A program made the position numbers and the translations under genes. DNA of 39,595 nucleotides from a virus (lineage: Duplodnaviria > Heunggongvirae > Uroviricota > Caudoviricetes). Where the stretch lies: positions 1-39,595 of IMG/VR virus record IMGVR_UViG_2541047944_000005. One strand, given 5' to 3'. This document shows positions 21,136-30,514 of the stretch, piece by piece (position 1 is the stretch's first letter; each line of letters opens with the position of its first letter). The notes beneath the pieces are model-generated. The model was not told where the DNA came from. It saw only the letters and a program-made list of their open reading frames with translations, and made no database searches.

Positions 21136-21630
21136 ATGACTATGGTTGCCAGAACTGAACCCAGACCCGCAGAGGACGACATCACCGATACCGATGATGG
21201 CGATACCCGCATTTCAGCGGGTGCATTCTGGCCGGATATTGTACTGCGCGAGCTGCGTCTGGCGGTACGACTGCCGAGCCGCGTGACCACCTCCCGCCTG
21301 CTGCATACTGCCACCGGGGCTGTGGCACACGTTACCCGCGAGCTGGAAGCATGGCAGCAGGAACAGCAGGCAGCTGGCCATCAGACGCTGGCCGATGTTC
21401 CGGCACCCGTAATTAACGGAGAAAGCGTCAATCTCTGGCACTGGCGCAATGCTGTTTATACCGCCACGCGCGCCCTGATTCTGGAGCGTTATCGTGATGC
21501 AGACACAACGGACAAGGGCGACCGCCGGGCGGACGCTCTGGATATACAGACATCGGATTTGTGGCGTGATGTGAGCTGGGCCATCTCTGACATTCTGTGC
21601 CGCCCGCGAATCTTTGCGGAGTTGTGCTGA
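21136..21630 (+). CDS. L: head completion/stabilisation protein, P2 gpL family
   Basis: About 164 aa from ATG 21136 after AGGAG; position between M and X. Confidence 0.7.
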   Translation: MTMVARTEPRPAEDDITDTDDGDTRISAGAFWPDIVLRELRLAVRLPSRVTTSRLLHTATGAVAHVTRELEAWQQEQQAAGHQTLADVPAPVINGESVNLWHWRNAVYTATRALILERYRDADTTDKGDRRADALDIQTSDLWRDVSWAISDILCRPRIFAELC

Positions 21631-21830
21631 TGAAAGTGAAGGCACTGGAAGGCGACACCGTGGATTCGCTCTGTTTCCGGTACTACGGCACGACGCAGGG
21701 CGTCACCGAAAAGGTGCTGGATGCCAACCCCGGACTCTGTCAGCAGGTATTTCTGGACGCCGGGCAGGACGTGGAGATGCCGGAGCCGGAGAAGAAGAAA
21801 CGAGAAATGATTCAGTTGTGGGGGGAGTAG
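21630..21830 (+). CDS. X: tail protein X (LysM-like), P2 gpX family
   Basis: 66 aa MKVKALEGDTVDSLCFRYYGT...; start overlaps L stop (ATGA). Confidence 0.7.
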   Translation: MKVKALEGDTVDSLCFRYYGTTQGVTEKVLDANPGLCQQVFLDAGQDVEMPEPEKKKREMIQLWGE

Positions 21831-21832
21831 CA

Positions 21833-22156
21833 GTGAGCACCATTCAAACAGGGATCACAGAGCAGGTTATTGCGTGGCTCTTTGACCACCTGCCAACGGT
21901 GTATGCAGTAGGCGCGGCAGTCAGCATTTCCGCGCTGATGAGTCTTTATGACGGACGAACACTGGTTCAGACCGTAACGGGATCGCTGGCGTGCGGCGTT
22001 CTTGCCATGGCCGTGGCCGGGTCGTTGCGCTTCTTCGGGTTTCCTGAAGATGCTGTGACGTTTATCGGCGCATCAATCGGTTTTATGGGGGCAGAGAAAG
22101 CACGCGACAAGGTTATTGCGGCCTTTAATCGCAGGGTGAAGGAGAAGGACGAATGA
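21833..22156 (+). CDS. putative holin
   Basis: About 107 aa from GTG 21833 after GGGGGGAG; two hydrophobic segments; immediately upstream of the endolysin. Confidence 0.5.
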   Translation: MSTIQTGITEQVIAWLFDHLPTVYAVGAAVSISALMSLYDGRTLVQTVTGSLACGVLAMAVAGSLRFFGFPEDAVTFIGASIGFMGAEKARDKVIAAFNRRVKEKDE

Positions 22157-22545
22157 GCAACACATTTAAATTCAGCAGCCGGAGCGAAAATAATTTGCAG
22201 GGCGTAAATCATGATCTGGTGAAAGTGACCCGGCGGGCACTGGAAATCTCGGAAGTGGATTTTGGTATCACCGAAGGGTTGCGCAGCCGTTACCGCCAGA
22301 AGCAACTGGTGGCCACGGGTAAGAGCCAGACCATGAACAGCCGCCACCTTACGGGTCATGCCGTGGATGTTGTGGCTTATATCGGCAGCCAGGTGTCATG
22401 GGAATGGCCGCTGTACGAAAAAATCGCAACCGCATTCAGACAGGCCAGCCGGGAACTGAATATTCCGGTGGAATGGGGCGGCGACTGGAAGACCCTGAAA
22501 GACGGACCGCATTTTCAGTTACCACACGGAGCCTATCCGGCATGA
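22153..22545 (+). CDS. endolysin, peptidase M15 (T5-type L-Ala-D-Glu endopeptidase) family
   Basis: 130 aa; RRALEIS..DFGITEGLRS...SRHLTGHAVDVVAYI...GGDW...H pattern parallels phage T5 endolysin as recalled; not the P2 K lysozyme type. Confidence 0.75.
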   Translation: MSNTFKFSSRSENNLQGVNHDLVKVTRRALEISEVDFGITEGLRSRYRQKQLVATGKSQTMNSRHLTGHAVDVVAYIGSQVSWEWPLYEKIATAFRQASRELNIPVEWGGDWKTLKDGPHFQLPHGAYPA

Positions 22546-22949
22546 AGCTCTGGCCCACGCTTGGCATCGCTTTCCTTCTGATTGCCGGATGGGGAACATC
22601 CATGCGTCTGTCGTGGTCGCTGGGCCGGGAGAACGCCAGAAACGAAGCGCAGGCCAGCACCCTGAAAAGTACCGCCGACACCCTGAATATCATCAGCGCC
22701 GGGGTACAGGATATGCAGCAGGTGCTGGCGCAACTCCGCGTGGAAAATCAGCAACGCAATCAGGACGGAGAGGTAAGACGTGAACAGCTACGCAACGATA
22801 TTGCAAAAGATGAATGCGCCCACGCTTTGCCTGACGCTCGTTTTACTGACAGGCTGCGCAGGCACGCAGAACGCGCCACTGCCAGCGCCGTCAGTCCGGC
22901 TTATACCGCAGACGCTGACCATACCGGTAACGCCTCCCCCCTTCCCTGA
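22542..22949 (+). CDS. Rz-like i-spanin (LysB position)
   Basis: 135 aa from ATG 22542 overlapping endolysin stop; N-terminal TM MKLWPTLGIAFLLIAGW then coiled-coil-like region. Confidence 0.55.
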   Translation: MKLWPTLGIAFLLIAGWGTSMRLSWSLGRENARNEAQASTLKSTADTLNIISAGVQDMQQVLAQLRVENQQRNQDGEVRREQLRNDIAKDECAHALPDARFTDRLRRHAERATASAVSPAYTADADHTGNASPLP

Positions 22950-23100
22950 CACTCCCACATGGGGAAATCTCGGTATATGGGGCGACCGCCTTCTGGATGC
23001 ACTGGAAACCTGTAACGCGGATAAACGGGCCATTGAATTACTGGAACAGCGCAGGCTGCAACGACTGAACAACGAGGATAACAACCATGCTGAAAACTGA
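22810..23100 (+). CDS. Rz1-like o-spanin lipoprotein (LysC position), out-of-frame overlap with Rz
   Basis: Lipobox LLTGCAG after start MNAPTLCLTLV; Pro-rich; begins inside the Rz gene in a different frame and extends past it. Confidence 0.5.
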   Translation: MNAPTLCLTLVLLTGCAGTQNAPLPAPSVRLIPQTLTIPVTPPPFPDTPTWGNLGIWGDRLLDALETCNADKRAIELLEQRRLQRLNNEDNNHAEN

Positions 23101-23554
23101 TTCCCTGCGTGAAGCCATGACCCGTTCATGCCGATGGTGTCAGGCCAACCCGGAAAAATTCACCATTTTCGTGGAGAGCGGCAACATTGAAACGACCGGA
23201 GAAACCCCATCGTTTGTTTACCGCTATCAGATGGTGATGTTTGTCATGGATTACGCCGGGGAGCTGGACGACCTCACGCTGCCGCTGCTGGCGTGGTTAT
23301 CCGAAAATCAGCCACAGTTGTTGCTCAACCCTGAGCGTAATCAGGACATCAAATTCTCCGCCGTTATCAATGACGATGACAGCGCCGATCTCCTGTTTAC
23401 GCTCCCCCTGCGGGAACGCGTTCGCATCACGCGCAGCAGTCAGGGCACACCGCAGGCAGAACACCTGCCGGAGCCAAAACCCCGCCTGCCATCTTCCGAA
23501 GGCGACTGGTCGCATGTATTCCAGGATGTGACGTGGGGTGAAAGCGATGGATAA
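23087..23554 (+). CDS. R: tail completion protein, P2 gpR family
   Basis: 155 aa, same size and position as P2 R. Confidence 0.7.
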   Translation: MLKTDSLREAMTRSCRWCQANPEKFTIFVESGNIETTGETPSFVYRYQMVMFVMDYAGELDDLTLPLLAWLSENQPQLLLNPERNQDIKFSAVINDDDSADLLFTLPLRERVRITRSSQGTPQAEHLPEPKPRLPSSEGDWSHVFQDVTWGESDG

Positions 23555-24182
23555 GGCATTCACCCGCGTGGATGAAACCTTTGAGGCCATCCGCGACAGC
23601 CTGAATCAGCAGGCCATCAATAACATCGCCAGAAAGCTGGCACAGGATTTACGCCGCGCCCAGCAGGCGCGTATCCGGTCACAGAAAGCGCCGGACGGGA
23701 CCGCGTGGACACCACGCAGACGCCGCGTAACCCGGATACAGGAACGCATTCGCTTTATCTGGAATAACGAAGCACGCACGCTGAAAAACTGGCGTCACGA
23801 CACGGGGAAATACGGGCGAACCATTACCGGGTGGGATGAGGATAAAAACAATATCCGCACGTTTTACCGGGATGACATCGACCGTTTTCTGGAAATACGC
23901 ACCCGGCGCATCAACCAGGACAGCACAAAGCGCGTCCCCATGTTCGTAAAACTGCGCACCGCCCGCTACCTGAAAGCCCGTGCAGATGCTTCCGGTGTGA
24001 CGGTGGGTTACAGCGGCGTGGCCGCACGTATTGCCCGCGTTCATCAGTTCGGTGAGCGCGATCAGGTTGCGCCGGGCATTTTCACCGATTACCCGGTACG
24101 TGAGCTGCTGGGTATCAGCCAGGCAGATGAGCGCCTGATTTATAACACGGTGCTGGGCCGGATTGCGGAGGCTGTACGGTGA
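23547..24182 (+). CDS. S: tail completion/virion morphogenesis protein, P2 gpS family
   Basis: About 211 aa from ATG 23547 (track ORF starts at GTG 23538); position after R. Confidence 0.7.
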   Translation: MDKAFTRVDETFEAIRDSLNQQAINNIARKLAQDLRRAQQARIRSQKAPDGTAWTPRRRRVTRIQERIRFIWNNEARTLKNWRHDTGKYGRTITGWDEDKNNIRTFYRDDIDRFLEIRTRRINQDSTKRVPMFVKLRTARYLKARADASGVTVGYSGVAARIARVHQFGERDQVAPGIFTDYPVRELLGISQADERLIYNTVLGRIAEAVR

Positions 24183-24760
24183 GCGCAGAACTCATGCGAC
24201 TGCTGAGCAATATCATCCGCACCGGGATCATCTCTGAAGTTGATGAGAAGTCCTGGCGCGTGCGCGTTCGCAGCGGCGAACTGGAAACAGGCTGGCTGCG
24301 CTGGAACACCACGCGCGCGGGAGCCTTCAATGTGTGGCTGCCGCCATCACCAGGCGAACAGGTGGTAATTGCCTGCATTGGCGGCAACCCGGAAACCGCC
24401 ATGATAATTGGCAGCCTGTGGAGTGATGCCAGTCCGGCCCCCGGCAAAAGCCTGAAAGAAATCGTGATCAGCGCGCCGGACGGCGCGGTGTTCCGCTACG
24501 ACGCGGACGCAGGCGCACTGAGCGCCAGCGGCATGAAAACGGCCACTTTACAGACATCCGTCAGCGTGAAACTGGACACGCCCGTCGTGGAATGCACAAA
24601 CCTTCTGAGAACGGCGACGCTTGACGTCACAAAAGGGGGAAAGATGAGCGGCAATATCACGCACAGCGGCGGCGACTTCACCTCAAACGGCATCACAGTG
24701 CATACGCATAAGCACGGTGGCGTTAAAGGTGGCAGCGATTCGACAGGAGGCCCGCAGTGA
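24179..24760 (+). CDS. V: baseplate spike protein, P2 gpV family
   Basis: 193 aa; RTGIISEVDEKSWRVRV...PSPGEQVVIACIGG...DTPVVECTNLL...HTHKHGG closely parallels P2 V as recalled; start GTG 24179 or ATG 24194. Confidence 0.85.
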   Translation: MSAELMRLLSNIIRTGIISEVDEKSWRVRVRSGELETGWLRWNTTRAGAFNVWLPPSPGEQVVIACIGGNPETAMIIGSLWSDASPAPGKSLKEIVISAPDGAVFRYDADAGALSASGMKTATLQTSVSVKLDTPVVECTNLLRTATLDVTKGGKMSGNITHSGGDFTSNGITVHTHKHGGVKGGSDSTGGPQ

Positions 24761-25107
24761 CAACCCGCTACACAGGAATGAACCCGGACGGGACGGGAAA
24801 CCTGAACGATATGGAGCACCTGAAACAGTCAGTCAGGGACATCCTGACCACCCCGCTGGCAAGCCGGGTTATGCGACGGGAATATGGCAGCCTTGTGCCC
24901 GATTTAATTGACGAACCCATGAATAACACCACACGTCTGCAATGCATGAGTGCTGCCGTGATTGCGCTGACACGATGGGAACCCCGCATTGCCCTGGATG
25001 CCATCGACGTTGTCTGGAAGGCAGGAGGCCGCGCCAGGGTGACGCTGTCGGGCACTGTCATGCAGACCATGCAGAATGTTGAATTAACCATCACGCTGAG
25101 GGAGTAA
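24757..25107 (+). CDS. W: baseplate wedge protein, P2 gpW family
   Basis: 116 aa; GTG start overlapping V stop, AGGAGG RBS 6 nt upstream. Confidence 0.8.
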   Translation: MTTRYTGMNPDGTGNLNDMEHLKQSVRDILTTPLASRVMRREYGSLVPDLIDEPMNNTTRLQCMSAAVIALTRWEPRIALDAIDVVWKAGGRARVTLSGTVMQTMQNVELTITLRE

Positions 25108-25110
25108 ATC

Positions 25111-26007
25111 ATGCCCGCCGTTGACCTTTCCCAGTTACCGGAACCCGCCATCATCGCGGAGCCTGACTTTGAAGCAATTCTGGCTGACACAAAGGCCATG
25201 ATGATTGCGGCTTATCCCGCCGAACAGCGTGAAGCCGTTTCCGCCGCGCTGGAGCTGGAATCGGAACCCCTTAACGTTATCGCTCAAACCATGTCGTTTC
25301 GTGAAATGCTGTTACGCCAGCGGGTTAACGAGGGCGCACGCGCCTGCATGTTAAGCCACGGTTCAGGGACAAACCTGGACAACCTCGCGGGCAATATGAA
25401 CACAAAGCGCCTGGTTATCACTCCGGCAACGGATACCACCGACGCGGTGATGGAGAGCGACACCTCGCTGAGATTGCGGGCGCAACGGGCGTATGACGGC
25501 CTGAGTGTTGCTGGCCCGTCAGGTGCATACGAGTATTTTGCACGCAGCGCCAGCGGTCTGGTGCGTGATGCGCGGGCCATCAGCCCGTCTCCGGCCTGTG
25601 TGACGGTTTCCATCCTGTCCACTGAAGGCGACGGCACAGCAACGGAGGCGTTGCTTAATACCGTTCGCGCTGTTCTGAATGCAGAGGATACCCGCCCGGT
25701 GGCCGACCGCCTGACCGTACAGAGCGCCAGAATCGTGACATGGCGGCTGAATGCAAAACTGTACTTTTACCCCGGCCCGGAATCCGAACCTATTCTGGCC
25801 GCGGCTGAATCGTCGTTCAGGAAGTGGCTGGCTGAGCAGGGGCTTATCGGTCAGGACGTGGCGTTGTCCGCCATTGCTGCCGCACTGCATGTGCACGGTG
25901 TGCAACGCGTGGAGATAATCGAACCCACACAGAATATGGCCATCAGCGACATACAGGCGGCGCGCTGTGAGTCATTCACCATCAGCGAAGGTGGACGCAA
26001 TGAGTAA
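25111..26007 (+). CDS. J: baseplate assembly protein, P2 gpJ family
   Basis: 298 aa; GAGGGA RBS; position and size as P2 J. Confidence 0.85.
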   Translation: MPAVDLSQLPEPAIIAEPDFEAILADTKAMMIAAYPAEQREAVSAALELESEPLNVIAQTMSFREMLLRQRVNEGARACMLSHGSGTNLDNLAGNMNTKRLVITPATDTTDAVMESDTSLRLRAQRAYDGLSVAGPSGAYEYFARSASGLVRDARAISPSPACVTVSILSTEGDGTATEALLNTVRAVLNAEDTRPVADRLTVQSARIVTWRLNAKLYFYPGPESEPILAAAESSFRKWLAEQGLIGQDVALSAIAAALHVHGVQRVEIIEPTQNMAISDIQAARCESFTISEGGRNE

Positions 26008-26608
26008 TTCGTTGTTACCACCATCAGCCAGCAATTTCATGCGTTGTGCCGAAGCCGTCGGAACACGCATTACAGACATTCCGGTAGACCTCAACACGCT
26101 GTGGTCGCCGGACACCTGCCCGGTGCATCTGCTGCCTTATCTCGCCTGGGCGTTTTCCGTTGACCGCTGGGATCGCAACTGGCCGGAAGAGACAAAACGA
26201 CAGGTGATTCGTGATGCATGGCTGATACACCGACACAAAGGGACCATCAGCGCACTGCGAAGAGCCGTGGAGCCTCTCGGCTACCTGATTGAAGTAAAGG
26301 AGTGGTGGCAACTCAACGAGGAGCCGGGAACATTTCGCATTGTTGTCGGAGTACTTGATCAGGGCATCACCGATGAAATGTATCAGGAACTTGAGCGCCT
26401 TATTGCGGATGCAAAACCAGTAAGTCGCCATCTGACGGGGCTGGCGATCAGCCTGAGTGTGAACGGAAAGATTTTCGTTGGTACGGGATGCTATCACGGC
26501 GATGCCCTGACGGTTTATCCCTACACCCCGGAGTCCATTATTGTCGAAGGGGATTATTTCCCTGCCCCAGCCATTCATTTAATTGATAATCTGAGAGTAA
26601 ACGCATGA
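26000..26608 (+). CDS. I: baseplate/tail protein, P2 gpI family
   Basis: 202 aa from ATG 26000 overlapping J end in another frame. Confidence 0.75.
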   Translation: MSNSLLPPSASNFMRCAEAVGTRITDIPVDLNTLWSPDTCPVHLLPYLAWAFSVDRWDRNWPEETKRQVIRDAWLIHRHKGTISALRRAVEPLGYLIEVKEWWQLNEEPGTFRIVVGVLDQGITDEMYQELERLIADAKPVSRHLTGLAISLSVNGKIFVGTGCYHGDALTVYPYTPESIIVEGDYFPAPAIHLIDNLRVNA

Positions 26609-28203
26609 CAGTGAAATACTACGCCATTCTGACTAATCAGGGCGCGGCACGACTGGCTAACGCGACGATGCTCGGCAGTAAGCTGAATCTGACGCAAATG
26701 GCCGTTGGTGATGCAAATGGTGTGTTACCAACCCCAGACCCTGCACAAACAAAACTGATTAACCAGAAACGCATTGCACCGCTGAATCTTCTGAGTGTTG
26801 ACCCTAACAATCAGAGCCAGATTATTGCGGAGCAAATCATCCCTGAAAACGAGGGAGGATTCTGGATCCGTGAGATTGGTCTTTATGATGATGAAGGTGT
26901 ACTCATTGCGGTGGCAAACTGCCCGGAAACGTACAAACCGCAGTTGCAGGAAGGCAGTGGACGCACCCAGACTATCCGCATGATTCTGGTTGTCACGAAC
27001 ACCGAAGCCATCACGCTGAAAATCGACCCGTCTGTGGTTCTGGCAACCCGCAAATATGTGGATGATAAAATATCAGAGCACGAACAGTCACGACGTCACC
27101 AGGACGCCTCGCTGACCGTAAAAGGTTTTACTCAGTTAAGCAGTGCAATTAACAGTGAATCAGAAACACTGGCCGCAACACCGAAAGCGGTTAAGGCTGC
27201 ATATGACCTGGCTAACGAGAAATATACCGCCCAGAACGCCACCACTACACAAAAAGGGATTGTTCAGCTCAGTAGCGCCACGAACAGCACGTCTGAAACA
27301 CTGGCAGCGACACCAAAAGCTGTTAAGGCGGTAATGGATGAAACGAACAAGAAAGCACCATTAAACAGCCCGGCACTGACCGGAACGCCAACAACACCAA
27401 CAGCGCCACAGGGGACTAATAGTACCCAGATCGCAAGCACGGCTTTCGTTATGGACGCGATTGCCGCACTTGTAGATTCGTCACCTGATGCACTGAACAC
27501 GCTGAACGAACTGGCTGCGGCGCTGGGCAATGACCCGAATTTTGCGACCACCATGACTAACGCGCTTGCGGGTAAGCAACCGAAGGATGCCACCCTGACG
27601 GCGCTGGCGGAGCTTGCTACATCAGCAGATAAACTCCCATATTTTACAGGGGCAGATCGTGCCGCGTTAACCGCGTTGACAAGTGTTGGACGTGCCATTC
27701 TTGGTAAAACCAGCACTCAGGGAGTTCTTGATTACCTTGGTTTGGGGGAAGGCTCTGCACTGCCCGTTGGTGTACCTGTTCCGTGGCCGTCAGCAACACT
27801 GCCAGAGGGATGGCTGAAATGTAACGGCGCAGCATTTTCTTCTGAAATGTACCCCAAACTGGCAAAGGCTTACCCCACCAATAAATTACCGGATTTACGG
27901 GGTGAGTTTATTCGTGGCTGGGATGACGGACGAGGTATTGATGCAGGACGAGAGATACTTTCATTTCAGGAAGGCACTATCGTCTCCGGTTTTGATGATA
28001 ATGATACTGGGGATATCAGTTCACTCAGCTCAACACAATACGGATTTGGTGACACTTTAAGCTCTAATCAATGGGGGGCCATAAATGGCAAAAAGTGGAT
28101 ATTTGATGCATCCAGTAAAGGTGCACAAAAATATGACTGGTGGGCTTATGTATCAGCTCGTCCGCGTAATATTGCATTTAATTACATCGTAAGAGCGGCA
28201 TAG
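26605..28203 (+). CDS. H: tail fibre protein H with exchangeable C-terminal tip (currently cassette A)
   Basis: 532 aa; N-terminal region resembles P2 H (..LGLYDD.G.LIAVAN..E.YKP...EGSG..Q); STSETLAATPKAVKA repeats; C-terminal tail-collar-like segment GEGSALPVGVPVPWPSAT...PDLRGEFIRGWDDGRGID; ends RPRNIAFNYIVRAA. Confidence 0.85.
   Translation: MTVKYYAILTNQGAARLANATMLGSKLNLTQMAVGDANGVLPTPDPAQTKLINQKRIAPLNLLSVDPNNQSQIIAEQIIPENEGGFWIREIGLYDDEGVLIAVANCPETYKPQLQEGSGRTQTIRMILVVTNTEAITLKIDPSVVLATRKYVDDKISEHEQSRRHQDASLTVKGFTQLSSAINSESETLAATPKAVKAAYDLANEKYTAQNATTTQKGIVQLSSATNSTSETLAATPKAVKAVMDETNKKAPLNSPALTGTPTTPTAPQGTNSTQIASTAFVMDAIAALVDSSPDALNTLNELAAALGNDPNFATTMTNALAGKQPKDATLTALAELATSADKLPYFTGADRAALTALTSVGRAILGKTSTQGVLDYLGLGEGSALPVGVPVPWPSATLPEGWLKCNGAAFSSEMYPKLAKAYPTNKLPDLRGEFIRGWDDGRGIDAGREILSFQEGTIVSGFDDNDTGDISSLSSTQYGFGDTLSSNQWGAINGKKWIFDASSKGAQKYDWWAYVSARPRNIAFNYIVRAA
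27725..27750 (+). other. invertase crossover site 1 (hix/gix-like), inside H
   Basis: TTCTTGATTACC-TT-GGTTTGGGGGAA; left half matches the hixL half-site TTCTTGAAAACC as recalled; sits exactly where sequence conserved among the three cassettes begins. Confidence 0.55.
27739..27938 (+). repeat. about 200-bp conserved segment, copy A (in H)
   Basis: ggtttgggggaaggctctgcactgcccgttggtgtacc... recurs at 28211-28410 (direct) and 29621-29820 (inverted). Confidence 0.8.
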
Positions 28204-28222
28204 AAACGTTGGTTTGGGGGAA
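28197..28222 (+). other. invertase crossover site 2 (direct orientation relative to site 1)
   Basis: GGCATAGAAACG-TT-GGTTTGGGGGAA spanning the H stop codon; inner half identical to site 1. Confidence 0.45.
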
Positions 28223-28690
28223 GGCTCTGCACTGCCCGTTGGTGTACCCGTTCCGTGGCCCTCAGCCACACCGCCAGCAGGGTGGCTGAAATGTAACGGC
28301 GCAGCATTTTCTTCTGAAATGTACCCCAAACTGGCAAAAGCCTACCCCGCGAATAAATTACCGGATTTACGCGGAGAATTTATCCGTGGCTGGGATGATG
28401 GGCGAGGAATTGATGCGGCACGCGCTTTATTGAGCATTCAAAACGGGATGTTGGAAAAACACCGCCATATTGTTGTAGCTAACGATGGATATGACACAAA
28501 AGATGAATGGGAGTTGGCTACGATTTTCAAAAAAACATATACACAAGGCAGGGGGCTTGATGCCACAAATACAGGAGGGAGTTTGATTCCATCACCAACG
28601 CTTCATTCACGAGGAAGTATTGGTAACACAGGTGGTAGTGAAACCCGCCCCCGCAATATTGCATTTAACTATATCGTGAGGGCGGCTTAG
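28211..28690 (+). other. alternative tail-fibre C-terminal cassette B (no own start codon)
   Basis: Encodes GLGEGSALPVGVPVPWPSATPPAGWLKCNGAAF...RPRNIAFNYIVRAA in the H codon phase relative to the crossover centre; begins with conserved segment copy B (about 90% identical to A); distinct central 80 aa. Confidence 0.7.
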
Positions 28691-28696
28691 TTATAT

Positions 28697-29314
28697 TCAA
28701 CTGGCTGCTGCCAGAGGCATTTCCGGCCAGTTGATATCCGGTGCAGTGCTGATGTCAGTCGCATTAAGCACATCTATGAAATCAAGCACGGCGTTTAGTT
28801 TTTCCGTCTCCTGGGGCGTCAATCGGCGTCCGGCTCGTAGTTTGAGATTTATAAGCTCAACAGATGCCATTGCCTGTTCCTCAAGTTGCTGACGATGCGC
28901 TCCGGCAGCTTCCAGTTCTGCTGCGTGCTGTCGTCCCGCATCTGTCACCCAGGTCTCACCATCCCAGACATCATAGATAGTAGCTGGCTGTTTCACCGTC
29001 GTATCAGGAGGGTAATCTCCCGGTTGTGTGATTTGCACAGCGTTACCATTCTCTGTGCTGTAAACCGTTTCGCCTCTGTGGTCTGGAACATATTTCCAGA
29101 TGTTCTGGTCGGTATCACGACAGACAGCGAAGCCGGGGCGTTTTTCTGGTGGCGCGTCAATGCATGAGTGAGCCGGAATTCCAACACCATAAGCGAGATA
29201 CTCAACAGTGGCAGAGAGATATTCACGGTTTTCAGCATCGTAGTTATAAACGGTAATATCGCCTGCAGTTATAGCGATACCATTCTGATCAAGTACTGCA
29301 GCAGCATTATTCAT
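28697..29314 (-). CDS. tail fibre assembly chaperone (Tfa; Mu U / P2 G-like)
   Basis: 205 aa; C-terminus DISTAPDINWPEMP resembles the Mu U ending (NPDWPELP) as recalled; follows cassette C on the minus strand with stop/start overlap. Confidence 0.75.
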   Translation of the reverse strand: MNNAAAVLDQNGIAITAGDITVYNYDAENREYLSATVEYLAYGVGIPAHSCIDAPPEKRPGFAVCRDTDQNIWKYVPDHRGETVYSTENGNAVQITQPGDYPPDTTVKQPATIYDVWDGETWVTDAGRQHAAELEAAGAHRQQLEEQAMASVELINLKLRAGRRLTPQETEKLNAVLDFIDVLNATDISTAPDINWPEMPLAAAS

Positions 29315-29820
29315 TAAGTAGCCCTTACAATATAGTTAAACGCAATATTACGGGGGCGGTTTTCCGTTCCTGTATTCCCTCCATTGGCACCTAATCTATA
29401 AACACCACGAGTGCCAATAGCACGTAGTGAAGATGGAACTTTTACACCTGACTCATCTGTTTTAACAATCCCGCCATCACCGTATGTAGCCAGTATACCA
29501 GGGTTTGTTCCTGCACGGGCGCTATTTGCGGCAAGCCCTTCACCAGTCCATAACTCCATATAGTGAATATGATCTATAACCGAATGTGATTGTGCATTAA
29601 GCAAGGAACGCCCTGAATCAATTCCCCGCCCGTCATCCCAGCCACGAATAAACTCACCCCGTAAATCCGGTAATTTATTCGTGGGGTAAGCCTTTGCCAG
29701 TTTGGGGTACATTTCAGAAGAAAATGCTGCGCCGTTACATTTCAGCCATCCCTCTGGCAGTGTTGCTGACGGCCACGGAACAGGCACACCAACGGGCAGT
29801 GCAGAGCCTTCCCCCAAACC
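29314..29820 (-). other. alternative tail-fibre C-terminal cassette C (inverted orientation)
   Basis: Minus strand encodes GLGEGSALPVGVPVPWPSATLPEGWLKCNGAAF...RPRNIAFNYIVRAT; begins with inverted conserved segment copy C (29621-29820), nearly identical to copy A. Confidence 0.7.
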
Positions 29821-29834
29821 AACGTTTTCGTTTT
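29809..29834 (-). other. invertase crossover site 3 (inverted relative to sites 1 and 2)
   Basis: Reverse complement reads AAAACGAAAACG-TT-GGTTTGGGGGAA; lies between cassette C and the invertase gene. Confidence 0.5.
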
Positions 29835-29888
29835 TATCCCTACCTATACCAACTCTGTATTTTTCACGAAACAAAGAGGATGTTTTTT

Positions 29889-30488
29889 ATGCAAATTGGC
29901 TATATTCGTGTGTCAACAAATGACCAGAACACGGATTTACAACGCAATGCACTGAACTGCGCAGGATGTGAACTGATTTTTGAAGATAAAATCAGCGGAA
30001 CGAAATCAGCCAGACCGGGATTGAAAAAACTGCTCAGAACGCTATCAGAAGGAGATACGTTGGTTGTCTGGAAGCTGGACAGACTGGGCAGAAGTATGAA
30101 ACACCTGATCACGCTTATTGAGGAATTGCGGGAAAAAGGTGTTAATTTCCGTAGTCTGACGGACAGCATTGACACATCAACACCCATGGGGCGTTTCTTT
30201 TTTCACGTCATGGGGGCTTTAGCCGAAATGGAACGTGAATTAATTGTAGAGCGTACACTGGCCGGGCTGGCAGCAGCACGCGCACAAGGACGCATTGGCG
30301 GACGTCGCCCGAAGTTGACAAAAGAACAACACGAGCAAATAGCGAGGCTGATTAAAAACGGTCATGACAGGAAACAACTGGCGATCATTTACGACATCGG
30401 CATATCGACGATTTATCGTTATCACCCTGTAGGCGATATACAGGCTGAAGAAACAACCAGGCAGACTCAGGAAAATAAAAACCGCTAA
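29889..30488 (+). CDS. serine recombinase DNA invertase, Hin/Gin/Pin/Cin family
   Basis: 199 aa MQIGYIRVSTNDQNTDLQRNAL...TLVVWKLDRLGRS...SLTDSIDTSTPMGRFFFHVMGALAEMERELIVERTLAGLAAARAQGR near-colinear with Hin/Gin as recalled; C-terminal HTH. Upstream part of track ORF 29694-30488 is antisense to cassette C. Confidence 0.9.
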   Translation: MQIGYIRVSTNDQNTDLQRNALNCAGCELIFEDKISGTKSARPGLKKLLRTLSEGDTLVVWKLDRLGRSMKHLITLIEELREKGVNFRSLTDSIDTSTPMGRFFFHVMGALAEMERELIVERTLAGLAAARAQGRIGGRRPKLTKEQHEQIARLIKNGHDRKQLAIIYDIGISTIYRYHPVGDIQAEETTRQTQENKNR

Positions 30489-30506
30489 TCTGACCATTAG
30501 CGGTTT
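30477..30506. terminator. hairpin between convergent invertase and U genes
   Basis: aaaaccgctaat-ctgacc-attagcggtttt perfect 12-bp stem. Confidence 0.4.
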
Positions 30507-30514
30507 TGCGTTAA

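Noticed and set aside
28214-28690. Stand-alone 158-aa gene called by the ORF track
   Set aside because: It starts at a TTG with no RBS and begins with the conserved crossover segment, so it is an exchangeable cassette rather than an independent gene.
29694-29888. N-terminal 65-codon extension of the invertase ORF
   Set aside because: This part is the reverse strand of cassette C; the invertase start is the ATG at 29889, matching the MxIGYxRVST start of Hin/Gin.
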